Origin: an uncultured virus (IMG/VR IMGVR_UViG_3300028601_000024)
Lineage: Duplodnaviria; Heunggongvirae; Uroviricota; Caudoviricetes
Length of the DNA stretch: 64,000 nt
Direction: 5' to 3' (one strand)
Virus record (IMG/VR): IMGVR_UViG_3300028601_000024
Shown here: one piece after another, positions 1 to 9,776 of the stretch
How the letters are laid out: the number at the start of each line of letters is the position of its first letter
Position numbering within the stretch: position 1 is the stretch's first letter
The notes under the pieces: model-generated
Told to the model about the DNA's origin: nothing
The model's input: the letters and a program-made list of their open reading frames with translations, nothing else
Database searches by the model: none
Program-made: the position numbers and the translations under genes

Positions 1-235
1 GTGATAGTTCCGAGTTAGTATAGGGAATCTATATTACTTTGGAACGATCTTTATCGATAAGGCTAATTGGTGTAAGTAATATAGAAATAGGAAATTCTAA
101 AATTTAAAACTATCACCAGTGATAGTTTTGTAAAAAATAAAATTGTGTATTTCTATATTACTTACAGGTGTTATCTTTATCGATAAGGCTAATTGATGTA
201 AGTAATATAGAAATAGGAAATTCTAAAATTTAAAA
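1..235. repeat. Non-coding modular repeat array with palindromes (copy A, truncated by window edge)
   Basis: Block atctttatcgataaggctaattg(g/a)tgtaagtaatatagaaataggaaattctaaaatttaaaa occurs twice (~47-109, ~173-235). Palindrome aaaactatca-ccag-tgatagtttt at 106-129. The same modules recur at 31411-31745. Confidence 0.9.
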
Positions 236-247
236 TTTGCCACAAGA

Positions 248-273
248 ATAATAGTACCGTAAGGTACTATTAT
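248..273 (-). terminator. Intrinsic terminator-like hairpin after tail tube gene
   Basis: Perfect 11-bp stem ataatagtacc-gtaa-ggtactattat overlapping the stop codon; followed on the minus strand by TCTTGTGGC. Confidence 0.75.
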
Positions 274-1037
274 AAAAGAGCCGAGCTAGGAAGATTAGTA
301 TAAAGATCTGCTGTTGCTTTAAATAATTCTTTATTATTTAAAATCTCAACTGCTTTAGCCATAACTTTTTCATCTGTCTCATCTAGTGGATATCCATCAA
401 ACTTATACTGAACAGTAGGTTTTACAAAACTATTATCTGTAATATTTGAATCATATGCACTTTTTAAATCCGTCATAGGAACAACACCATCAAAATAATC
501 TATTTTAATAATATCTTCACGTGTCCAAATGGTTCCACTATTGGTATTATTAGTTACATTTCGAATAACTGGCTTAGTTTGGATTACCATACAAGCACCT
601 TTGTAACTCTTAGCTGCAAATTGTTTATGAAAACTTCCACCTAGGTAAGGATTAATAAAACCTGTCCAAATTCTATGAATTCTAAAAATTGGAGCTCCCC
701 AGAAATCTTTATATTGAATACTAAACTCGCGGCTAATTGTTTGACCAACTACGAAACTAGCTCCAACTCCTCCTTGACCCTGAACATCTTGCATATTCAT
801 TTGACGATCACCTGGAGGAGTATAGGTTTCAGCACTTACCAATAGAAATCTTTTACTATCTTCTAATGTAGAGTTATCCCCATTAAATAAATCTCCAGGT
901 AATCCAAAGAATGCATAGAAATAACCTTTTACATATGGATGATCACTTTCTTCTCTATGACTTCCACCTATATAACCTGTACCATCAATTGCTCCTGGGT
1001 TAGACCCAAGTGCAATTTTATCTATAAATCCACTCAT
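270..1037 (-). CDS. Tail tube protein (T4 gp19-like)
   Basis: Directly downstream of the tail sheath; suitable size; C-terminal YFDGVVP...YDS...KPTVQYKFD resembles the tube fold. Context-driven call. Confidence 0.65.
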   Translation of the reverse strand: MSGFIDKIALGSNPGAIDGTGYIGGSHREESDHPYVKGYFYAFFGLPGDLFNGDNSTLEDSKRFLLVSAETYTPPGDRQMNMQDVQGQGGVGASFVVGQTISREFSIQYKDFWGAPIFRIHRIWTGFINPYLGGSFHKQFAAKSYKGACMVIQTKPVIRNVTNNTNSGTIWTREDIIKIDYFDGVVPMTDLKSAYDSNITDNSFVKPTVQYKFDGYPLDETDEKVMAKAVEILNNKELFKATADLYTNLPSSALL

Positions 1038-1049
1038 TTTAATCCTTTA

Positions 1050-3158
1050 TTAAACTACGATAATTGGAATTTCTATTTGCTCAAGAGTTCCAATAGGATT
1101 AACAGTGATTGCTAAACGCAATTTGTATGATGCTTCATTGTAACTCGCAACGATACTCACATTGCTGAAGATCCCATCTTTTGAATTTTCAGGAGTTACT
1201 ACCCATTGCTCAAGAACTTTATTAGCACGTCTTATCGCAGTATCAGTGATATCATTAATAGCTTTATTCTGTAATAGATCTTTAAGGACTTTTGGTAAGT
1301 CTTTTCTTAATCTATGAATAACTTTAACAACATTAATTCTGCTTAATTTACTTGCTCTTTTATACATTGTTAATTGATCAATTATATATGTACCATCTGG
1401 TTCAACTATAATACTATTAATTTGCTCACGGCGTAAACTTTCAATCTCTAAACTTGTTGGTTCATATGTTAAATTAATTTCGCTAGAATCTAGTGTCCCT
1501 TTAACAACATTCGCAACTGGTTCAGTAATACTGATTTCACTATCAATTTTTAAATGCGCCATCATAGCATAGTAGCTCATAGGCATATAAATTCTTAAAT
1601 TACCATCTGTGCGATGATTTTTATTTTGCTGTCCACTATATAATGCACTATGATATGAACTATAATGTGCACCCTCTTTACGAACAAGTAAATCTTTTTC
1701 TACCAGATCACGAGTAGTAATTGTTGGATCATACATTAATGGAACACTAAGGATTGGCATCGAAACTCCGATAGAGTCTGCGAGTGAAACAATTGCTTGT
1801 AATGTTCTAGTAGTATTGGCCCAATCTGGAATATAATCAAAATCATATTTTGGATAAAGAATTTCTTTAATTTCTTTATTGTTATTATAAAAATCAGTTA
1901 ATAGATCCATTGCATTTTGTTTACCAACAGCGCTTGTTCCAAACATATTCAATTTACCATTTTTATGAAGATTTAGTCCATCACTACCATTATACATTCT
2001 AAAACTATAATCCATTAAATTTTTATAAATTGTATGACGAAGAGTAACCACTTCAGTGTAAAATGCATTTCCATCACTGTCAATTTTTAAATCATAGAAC
2101 GCACTTGTTCCATCTATTTTATAACTAGCTCTTGGTTCACCAACTTCATTAGCTGGTTTATTAATCAAACTAATTACACCATTTGTAACAGTAATTACTT
2201 TTTCAATAACATCTACACCGTTATCGAATTTGATAATTTGTGGTTCAGGTGTGTTGTTAATCATTCTAGGTTTAGTATTAGTAATAACTGTTGTTAAACG
2301 AGTATCTTCTACACGAATATCAACTCCATTATTATCTTTCTCTACACGAATATAATCTTCAACTTTAATTTCATAGTATTTACCAACAGTAACACTATCT
2401 TGAACAATTAATCTATGATCAGTTAAATCATCAATGTTTCTATTTTGTCTCATCTCTTCAATATAATATGGATTTACATTCAATGTTGCAAATTCATTAT
2501 TATCTTTAAAAATATTATTAACAAAAAGACTTAATCCACTATTTTTACTAATTATTGGCTCATTTGTATCACTATCAACATCAATTAATGAAAATACAAT
2601 TGGATCACCAAGCGATTTAACTCCTGTTGCACTTTCTTCAAAAATTTCACATTGTACAAAGTTAAATTTGTAATTTGGTTCACCAACCATATTACTTTCC
2701 ATCTTCTCTGTTTCATACGCAGGTGAAAAAGTTACAAATAAACTATTGTATCCTTCTCCTCTGTTAGCTGCTAGTGCACTAAGACAAACATCATTCTTAC
2801 CTGCATCTAATGCGTAAAGCATTTCTTTACTTGTTAGTCCAGGGAATGTTGCAAAAGTTCCTGTTGGGCTAATTGTGTTATTTGCATAAGTAGCATCATC
2901 AGGTAAAAGTCTATAAACTAATGCCTTGTTACTACGCAATGCTCCTTCAATATATTCATACGCTAAACCATATTTATTTAAATCTTTCTTACCACAAGCA
3001 TTTCTAAATTCAGTGTTATTGACGAATAATTTAAATCCCTCTTTACCATATTTAAAGAAACCAGGAACGAGAACAACTCTATCGCCACCAACTGTGACAT
3101 CGATTGTACTTCTATCAATTACAGAAGTACTAACCGAAGGAATATCTGGTATATACAT
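1050..3158 (-). CDS. Contractile tail sheath protein (T4 gp18-like)
   Basis: N-terminal PSVSTSVIDRS; C-terminal sheath domain motifs (REQINSI, IIDQLT, LSRINVVKVI, ITVNPIGTLEQIEIPI); 702 aa. Confidence 0.9.
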   Translation of the reverse strand: MYIPDIPSVSTSVIDRSTIDVTVGGDRVVLVPGFFKYGKEGFKLFVNNTEFRNACGKKDLNKYGLAYEYIEGALRSNKALVYRLLPDDATYANNTISPTGTFATFPGLTSKEMLYALDAGKNDVCLSALAANRGEGYNSLFVTFSPAYETEKMESNMVGEPNYKFNFVQCEIFEESATGVKSLGDPIVFSLIDVDSDTNEPIISKNSGLSLFVNNIFKDNNEFATLNVNPYYIEEMRQNRNIDDLTDHRLIVQDSVTVGKYYEIKVEDYIRVEKDNNGVDIRVEDTRLTTVITNTKPRMINNTPEPQIIKFDNGVDVIEKVITVTNGVISLINKPANEVGEPRASYKIDGTSAFYDLKIDSDGNAFYTEVVTLRHTIYKNLMDYSFRMYNGSDGLNLHKNGKLNMFGTSAVGKQNAMDLLTDFYNNNKEIKEILYPKYDFDYIPDWANTTRTLQAIVSLADSIGVSMPILSVPLMYDPTITTRDLVEKDLLVRKEGAHYSSYHSALYSGQQNKNHRTDGNLRIYMPMSYYAMMAHLKIDSEISITEPVANVVKGTLDSSEINLTYEPTSLEIESLRREQINSIIVEPDGTYIIDQLTMYKRASKLSRINVVKVIHRLRKDLPKVLKDLLQNKAINDITDTAIRRANKVLEQWVVTPENSKDGIFSNVSIVASYNEASYKLRLAITVNPIGTLEQIEIPIIVV

Positions 3159-3196
3159 TATTAAATCCTTTATATTATTTTAAATTCCGTTATTTA

Positions 3197-3203
3197 ATTT
3201 GTT
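3197..3203 (-). promoter_or_regulatory. Candidate late promoter motif AACAAAT
   Basis: Motif shared by seven short intergenic regions upstream of structural genes. Confidence 0.45.
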
Positions 3204-3217
3204 TAATAAAACAATTC

Positions 3218-3988
3218 TTAAACTAAAATATACCATTCAATTTTTAATGAATCTTTTACTTCTAACCATTTAGTCATAGTTGTAAATCTTGCAAACATTC
3301 TAAAATTTGGTGTATGTCTACTACTTTCTGTTGCATTTGATTTAGCAGGAATTGCATCATCGAAATCAACTGCATACAATGCTGCTTCATTAAATGCAAA
3401 TGGGCCAGATTCACTAACCTCTTTATATAATTCATCTTTTCTAATAAACATTGTATACTTAATAGTACTAAATGCTTCAACTAATAGACTTTCACCATTA
3501 ATTGATATTTCATGATCTTCATTAACTATTTCAATTGTTCCTCCATCGCTTAGAATACCTTTCATTCTACCATCATGGATATATTGATAGTTTTCACTGT
3601 TGACATCTGCAAATTTACCAGGTTTGATTAAATTAAGTTCATTATCAAATGGTCCAACTTTATTTGGAGTTGCAGCGGTATCTGCTCCACCTTCTCCAAC
3701 ACCAAAATATCTAATTTTGAATTTAGTTAGATCATGTAAATTACCTGATCCACCTGGTGAAAGAAGTGAAGTTCCTGTTACATCACTTAGTTTTTGTGCT
3801 AAAAATTCTCTACCAGAAAGAACTACCAGATTTGGAGTCTCTAGTACATTTCCTTCACTATCACTAACAACTACATGTCCTCTAACTGCTTTATTATAAT
3901 GTCTATTATAATGTTCCTGTGTTTCACTCTTTGCAATATCTACAGGCATCAGACATTTTTCATCGACATGACTAATTACTTTTTCCAT
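3218..3988 (-). CDS. Baseplate / tail-fibre attachment protein (tail-collar-fibre N-terminal-like)
   Basis: Pattern NLVV..GREFLA...YFGVGEGG...FNEAALY...MFAR..K...LKIEW is typical of baseplate fibre-anchoring domains. Confidence 0.55.
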   Translation of the reverse strand: MEKVISHVDEKCLMPVDIAKSETQEHYNRHYNKAVRGHVVVSDSEGNVLETPNLVVLSGREFLAQKLSDVTGTSLLSPGGSGNLHDLTKFKIRYFGVGEGGADTAATPNKVGPFDNELNLIKPGKFADVNSENYQYIHDGRMKGILSDGGTIEIVNEDHEISINGESLLVEAFSTIKYTMFIRKDELYKEVSESGPFAFNEAALYAVDFDDAIPAKSNATESSRHTPNFRMFARFTTMTKWLEVKDSLKIEWYILV

Positions 3989-4001
3989 TGTGGTCCTTTA
4001 T

Positions 4002-6644
4002 TTATCTTTGAAATGAACTATCATTAAGTTCATCAAATTCTATATTTTCATAATCTTCGTTGATAATGGTTACTCGCCAATTATCTTTAATATTGTTACT
4101 ATCTAATTCGTTTGAAGTCATTTCAATTTGATTCATTGAATTGACTTTATATGTAGTATTATATGATTTATAATAATCAATTAAAGTATTATCCTTTGAT
4201 AAAGTATTATCACTTAAACTACTATTTAATAAAAATTGATAATAATCATTATAAAATAATTTACTATCAGGTAATATAGTTAATGCATGATCTGATAAAT
4301 CACTCAATTTTACTTTATATAATTCATTAAAAGTGGTTTCGGTGAATACTATATCATTTGATGAATGCCTACTTGATATTTCATTAGTAACTCTAGACAT
4401 ATGTTCTTCATAATAGGATATTTCACTAAAAGGTTCAAATGTTGTTCTAGAATAATGAATACTCCCACAAGTAACCATTTGCATCTTGTCTTTAACACTA
4501 ACATTATAGGTGCTAATATTTTGTATAGATTGTTCTGCTTTGAAAAAATATTGTTCAAATAAAGCAAGCATAGGATCAAAAAATTCTTCTCTGAATGTGC
4601 TACCTAGCATGTAATTATTAAATAAATCATTAATAAAATAAGTTATTAAGTTATCCATTTTACTTACTTGACTCAACATTCGTTTATAATTTTCTAAGAA
4701 TACTAATATTATTTCTTCTTGATCATTTAGAGCATCTATAGCATTTATTAATCTTGGGAACTTTCCGATGAAGACTTGTTTTAACTCATCATATAATGTA
4801 TTATTTAATCCAAAATATACAGTTTCGTCATTACTTAAAAAATTTAAATATTCATCTACTGTTTTAAATTGATAATTAATATAAATGTTATTTAAATATT
4901 CTTTAATTATTTTGTTTTGATCCTGACCAGCTATGATTCTCTCATTATCAGGAAATACATCATTCAAACTTTCAAAAAATTGATCAATTGTTTCAGGGAT
5001 AGTTCCATATAAATAACTTCTTAAATCATTAACATTAAACATATTACTTTTTGTTAATTGATATTGATCACCTATTAATTTATAATATCTTTTCTTGAAT
5101 TCAATGAATTGAAAATGATCATGTTTCATATCTTTGTAAAATTTTAACAATTCTACGATTTCAGATATCTTATCTAGTGGATAAGTGAATTCAGTATATA
5201 ATGGTCGAGGATTTGTCCAAACCCATCCAGGATTCTTAATACTTAATTCTTTAAATTTCAAATAACTCATAATATAAGTCATGTCTCGAATATTCATCTT
5301 TTGAGAAACACCGTTTACATGAAAAGTAAAAGAATAGTGTTGAAGTGTAGTCATAGCAAATATTCGAACCAGATCAGGTAAAAATTCCATGGCTTCAATT
5401 ACTTCATTATTTGTAAATTGAATATATACAATATTTGTAATAATTGGAAAAACATTTTTTAAATTTTTATTCTTGATATCCTTATCTAAATAATCTAATT
5501 TGGTCATTAAATATTTATTATTATTTAAATCACTTGAATTTAATTCATATATTAATTTTTCTGGATCGTTAATCATAATAGGATCCAACATATATCTCAA
5601 ATCATTAATTGTTCTTTCTTGACGACCATAAACATTCTCAACTGGTACTCTGAAACTGTAACTTATTACATTCTTAGGAATTATAATAGGTTCTAAAACA
5701 TCTAAATGAACTTTAACATCATTTGGAATAACATATTGAAATTCAAATAAGTATGTTACACTGCTATCTTTAACATTTACATCACTTAATATTTTATATT
5801 TAATGCTTGGGTCTTTGTAGTTTTCAAACTCAACAATTCCTAAATCAACATACATACTACTAGGAACCCCCTCTTCTGTATACATAATACTTAAAACATT
5901 AGGATTATCATATTTAGTAGATGAATTAAATGTACTCTCTTCTATAAAAAATTCAGTGGCATCTTTCTCAATAGTGTATTCTTTAGTAGTTGTTAATTTA
6001 AATTTGATACTGTACAATAAAGGGTCGAAGAATTTAATATGATATTTGATAACGTTATTAACAGAATCAATTGTTACAAATGTTTTGAATTCAATTGTTG
6101 AATCAATAAATCCTTGAGCATCTTGTTCCACTAAGTTGTATTGCTTAAGTATTTGATACATGTGATCTAAATAAAATACTCTCTCTACTATAGGATTATC
6201 ATATCTAGATGTAAAATGTCGTTGCTCGATACGAACATTATAATAATTTAATCCTTTATAGAATTCTTTTAATAGATCGTCGAAGATGGCAAATACTTCA
6301 TTACTTCCTTTAATATTAAACAATGTATTTAAATAATATACAATTTTAGTTTTTAAAGAGTTTGGTAACTCTTTATTAATATTATCACTTATTCCATACT
6401 GGCTAAACATATGTGTTACAAGCTTCTTCGAAGGAAATTGATTCATGAAGTTTAATAATTCTTCTGGTTCCTCTATATATAATTTATAAAACATTTCATA
6501 GAGCATATTACTAATATTTTGTTTATTATCATTTAAATTAAATATAGGAGTATTGGCTATTAGATCACTGTATTCTCTAATTCTAGAACGCATCTGTTCT
6601 ATTTTAGCATTACGTGATATATTTGTAACACCTACATCAGTCAT
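4002..6644 (-). CDS. Large baseplate wedge-like structural protein
   Basis: 880 aa in the tail module; YYLNTLFNIKGS resembles the KG[ST] motif of P2 gpI / T4 gp7-type wedge proteins. Confidence 0.45.
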   Translation of the reverse strand: MTDVGVTNISRNAKIEQMRSRIREYSDLIANTPIFNLNDNKQNISNMLYEMFYKLYIEEPEELLNFMNQFPSKKLVTHMFSQYGISDNINKELPNSLKTKIVYYLNTLFNIKGSNEVFAIFDDLLKEFYKGLNYYNVRIEQRHFTSRYDNPIVERVFYLDHMYQILKQYNLVEQDAQGFIDSTIEFKTFVTIDSVNNVIKYHIKFFDPLLYSIKFKLTTTKEYTIEKDATEFFIEESTFNSSTKYDNPNVLSIMYTEEGVPSSMYVDLGIVEFENYKDPSIKYKILSDVNVKDSSVTYLFEFQYVIPNDVKVHLDVLEPIIIPKNVISYSFRVPVENVYGRQERTINDLRYMLDPIMINDPEKLIYELNSSDLNNNKYLMTKLDYLDKDIKNKNLKNVFPIITNIVYIQFTNNEVIEAMEFLPDLVRIFAMTTLQHYSFTFHVNGVSQKMNIRDMTYIMSYLKFKELSIKNPGWVWTNPRPLYTEFTYPLDKISEIVELLKFYKDMKHDHFQFIEFKKRYYKLIGDQYQLTKSNMFNVNDLRSYLYGTIPETIDQFFESLNDVFPDNERIIAGQDQNKIIKEYLNNIYINYQFKTVDEYLNFLSNDETVYFGLNNTLYDELKQVFIGKFPRLINAIDALNDQEEIILVFLENYKRMLSQVSKMDNLITYFINDLFNNYMLGSTFREEFFDPMLALFEQYFFKAEQSIQNISTYNVSVKDKMQMVTCGSIHYSRTTFEPFSEISYYEEHMSRVTNEISSRHSSNDIVFTETTFNELYKVKLSDLSDHALTILPDSKLFYNDYYQFLLNSSLSDNTLSKDNTLIDYYKSYNTTYKVNSMNQIEMTSNELDSNNIKDNWRVTIINEDYENIEFDELNDSSFQR

Positions 6645-7786
6645 TTATTTACTCCTATAATATTTTTATCTAAATCATATATTAGTTGCTCACCATATGT
6701 GCTATTAGCAATAGTGGATCTATGTAATGAACTAGTTCTATCAATTATTTCGATATTATCTTTCACACCTTGTTTTTCACCTTCTGTATCATCTATTGTT
6801 GGTTCATACATAATAAATTCCATGTATTTATCTTGTAAGGTTTTTACTAAATAAACTAAATTACTTTTTTGATAATTACTATACGGGACATATGGTGCAC
6901 CTGAATATAACGAAGTATTCACATCGAGACTAGGGTCTAATACCATCATATCATCTTCTGTTAAGGATTCACAAACATTACTATTAACACCATGGTATAT
7001 TATTTTATGATTTAATATTACTTTTATATTAAGTCTAATCAGTTTATTTAAGTAAAGTAATACGCTGTTTGTTTTATTTATTACTTCAGGTGAAAGATAT
7101 AACAAACTTCCATCACTAGCTTTAAGTGTTTCACGATATTCACATTTTACAACATCATAATATTTATTAATATCCGCTAGAATTTGATTTCTATTTTCTA
7201 TTAAGAAAGAATATGATTCATATATTTGAGAATCAAAGAATTTAAAGAATTCTTTGATGTAGTAATAATGATTTATTATGTCAAAGTGATCCACTGTTTC
7301 GCTTTTAACATTATATGTTTCAAATTCTATTTGATATATTTTAACACTGTTTACACTTTTGATATAATTGACTCTGAGGACTTTAAAATACTCGATATTC
7401 GTTTCATTTTGGTAGAAATGGAACACATCTCCAGGTAAAGGATTTGGAACTCCCATAAGTGTTAATACACCATTTGTACGGCGGATAACTCCTTGATTCT
7501 CATCTAAATCATCACTTGTATAATTCAATGGCTGCATTTCAAGCACAGGAGCAAAATCAAATATATCAAATGATCGTTTATAATCACTTGGACCATAATA
7601 ATCTATTTGGTCAACATATCCTTTACTATATAACACATTATTTTTGTAGTATCTTATACTTAAACTTTGCATATTGCCATTTAAGGCATAATGTTGCACT
7701 TTTGTTATATATTCTTTATATACATCATACATATACATATCTTGGTGTAAAACATCATAGTTCATATTAATCTCCTTGACTTTCAA
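6641..7786 (-). CDS. Neck / head-completion protein (T4 gp14-like)
   Basis: PNPLPGDVFHF...YFKVLRVNY...IYQIEFETY resembles the gp14 core. Confidence 0.5.
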   Translation of the reverse strand: MKVKEINMNYDVLHQDMYMYDVYKEYITKVQHYALNGNMQSLSIRYYKNNVLYSKGYVDQIDYYGPSDYKRSFDIFDFAPVLEMQPLNYTSDDLDENQGVIRRTNGVLTLMGVPNPLPGDVFHFYQNETNIEYFKVLRVNYIKSVNSVKIYQIEFETYNVKSETVDHFDIINHYYYIKEFFKFFDSQIYESYSFLIENRNQILADINKYYDVVKCEYRETLKASDGSLLYLSPEVINKTNSVLLYLNKLIRLNIKVILNHKIIYHGVNSNVCESLTEDDMMVLDPSLDVNTSLYSGAPYVPYSNYQKSNLVYLVKTLQDKYMEFIMYEPTIDDTEGEKQGVKDNIEIIDRTSSLHRSTIANSTYGEQLIYDLDKNIIGVNK

Positions 7787-8594
7787 GTGTAAATGTTACA
7801 GGTTCTTCATTATTTGCTTGAATAGTAATATACACTATAAGTTTCATCCCAATTGTGTGTAGTAATTTATGATCAATATTTAACAACCTGAAATCAGCAT
7901 TATATAATTCACTAAGATCTCTTAAAAAATAAAATAATTCATCTCTAATACTTTCAACTGCTGTATCGGTTGCTTTCATTTGAAGAGATTGTTTTATTGA
8001 TCCACCGAAATCTCCACTAAAAGGAATACTGCCTTTTTGAGTTCTTATATATCTATTAAAGGTAATTGTTAAAAATTCACTAAGGTTTGTAATCTTAGTG
8101 AATTTATTATTATTTATATCAACATCAAATAAATTCTCAGTTTGTTTGATGTTCTTTTCATGATTTCTAAAGTTTCTTTGATGTCTATATAAAAAATTTA
8201 AAACTAAATCATTTAATTGTTTTGTTGGAATAATTTCAATATTTATAGTATTTGTAGGAGATTCTTTTAGAAGAAGTGCTCTTCTAAAATATTCCATTAT
8301 AGTTTCACTCTCTGCAAATAATTGTTTAAATTTTAATTCATTTAAATATCTTATTCCTTCGTGATAAATAATATATCCATAATATTCAAAGAATATTAAT
8401 CCTATATCATTCTGCATACCAATGGGGTAACTATCAAGTCTAGCACTATCTTTGACATGAATTTTATTAAACGTAAAATATTGCATCAATTGTGGCATGT
8501 TTATAATATCTCGACGAGTAATTACTACCTCATTGAATTCAACTTTTTGACCTTTAAAACCTGTCAAGGTGCTTAAACTTACATCTAAAAACAT
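7767..8594 (-). CDS. Baseplate wedge protein with C-terminal gp25-like domain
   Basis: TQKGSIPFSGDFGGSI matches the gp25/GPW TxxGExPxxPxFG-type motif. Confidence 0.65.
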   Translation of the reverse strand: MFLDVSLSTLTGFKGQKVEFNEVVITRRDIINMPQLMQYFTFNKIHVKDSARLDSYPIGMQNDIGLIFFEYYGYIIYHEGIRYLNELKFKQLFAESETIMEYFRRALLLKESPTNTINIEIIPTKQLNDLVLNFLYRHQRNFRNHEKNIKQTENLFDVDINNNKFTKITNLSEFLTITFNRYIRTQKGSIPFSGDFGGSIKQSLQMKATDTAVESIRDELFYFLRDLSELYNADFRLLNIDHKLLHTIGMKLIVYITIQANNEEPVTFTLESQGD

Positions 8595-8623
8595 ATTATT
8601 CCTCTCTTCTACATCGCGTTATC

Positions 8624-8854
8624 TTATTTACTTTTTATTATACTATCAATACTAGTGCTTCTATTTTGTGATATGGTTTTCTGATTTTCAAGCATTATTT
8701 CTCTCATAAAAATCGGCATAGAAAAGTATTCAGTAAAAGTTAATGGTAAATTATCTTGACTACACGCCGTTTGAAAACGAAGTAATTCGTATTCATATAA
8801 GGCATGATGGTCTTCATTAGTTGTAAATAGATAACGCTTTACGAAAAAAGTCAT
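8624..8854 (-). CDS. Small baseplate hub / tail assembly protein (T4 gp51-like); possibly a frameshift extension of the upstream gene
   Basis: FTEYFSMPIFMREIMLE motif. Start uncertain (8854 or 8914); overlaps the end of 8817..9704 in the +1 frame. Confidence 0.5.
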   Translation of the reverse strand: MTFFVKRYLFTTNEDHHALYEYELLRFQTACSQDNLPLTFTEYFSMPIFMREIMLENQKTISQNRSTSIDSIIKSK

Positions 8855-9704
8855 TTTCAGGATTAATATTATCCCATTTAAATTCTTTCGCACATAATCC
8901 ATCTTTACATACAATATTCAAATAATAATTTGGAACATAATCTGTAAATTGACTAATTGTTTCATCTTCGATAATTTTTAATTTTAATTCAAATGGACAA
9001 TCATTAAGTAAAGGAATAATTTCTTCTTTTTTATCAGTTAAAGTAATAACTTCTTTTCCTTTACGAATTTCAATCTTCTTAATATACATTCCTACCACAT
9101 CTACATTATTTAAAATATCATCTTCATCTTCTAAATTTTTTCTTAGTTGACCATTCGATTTACTATCAATAATACTTAGCTTATCCTTTTCAGTTGGCAT
9201 ACCATAGAATAGTGTGACCCCCGGACTAACTTCACTTGAGACAGTATAATCCATTGGATGTGTCCATTCTTTTGTGAATGTGTCACTATGAACTATATCA
9301 CTTGGGTGAAAATGATATGTATCACTTTTTTTACAATGAGGACATGTAATTACCTTTTCAGGTAAAGTCTTAAATGTTGAATCGAGTAACCCAAACACTA
9401 ACATTGATTTATCAGGAGGTGTTAAATTATTTTGAAAGTCTTCGAAGCTTTCAAATTCAATATTTTTGAATTTTGTATGGTCATAAATTAATTTATTAAA
9501 ATTTCGAACGAACGTTGAGCCACTTGCTCTTAATGTCTTCAATGTTAGATCTTCGCTACCAGTTAAAGGAGTTATTTCACATGAAGTTCTAAGTATTGGT
9601 AAATCGACCTCACTTGTTCTAACATCACACATAGTATTTAAAACATTTAAAGCACTTCCTAATTTTGTTTGTTTATTCTCAGGGATTTTGATTTCGTCTA
9701 GCAT
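8817..9704 (-). CDS. Baseplate hub subunit / tail assembly chaperone (T4 gp26-like)
   Basis: ITPLTGSEDLTL, a CPHC zinc knuckle and a C-terminal C..C...DFF end, as seen in gp26-like proteins. Confidence 0.6.
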   Translation of the reverse strand: MLDEIKIPENKQTKLGSALNVLNTMCDVRTSEVDLPILRTSCEITPLTGSEDLTLKTLRASGSTFVRNFNKLIYDHTKFKNIEFESFEDFQNNLTPPDKSMLVFGLLDSTFKTLPEKVITCPHCKKSDTYHFHPSDIVHSDTFTKEWTHPMDYTVSSEVSPGVTLFYGMPTEKDKLSIIDSKSNGQLRKNLEDEDDILNNVDVVGMYIKKIEIRKGKEVITLTDKKEEIIPLLNDCPFELKLKIIEDETISQFTDYVPNYYLNIVCKDGLCAKEFKWDNINPENDFFRKALSIYN

Positions 9705-9729
9705 ATTTTTCCTTTATATATAATTCCTA

Positions 9730-9736
9730 ATTTGTT
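9730..9736 (-). promoter_or_regulatory. Candidate late promoter motif AACAAAT
   Basis: 26 nt upstream of the start at 9704, inside a ttcctaa/ttaggaa inverted repeat. Confidence 0.45.
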
Positions 9737-9776
9737 TTAGGAAATTTATTTTTTGTATTTAATTTTGTATTTAATT

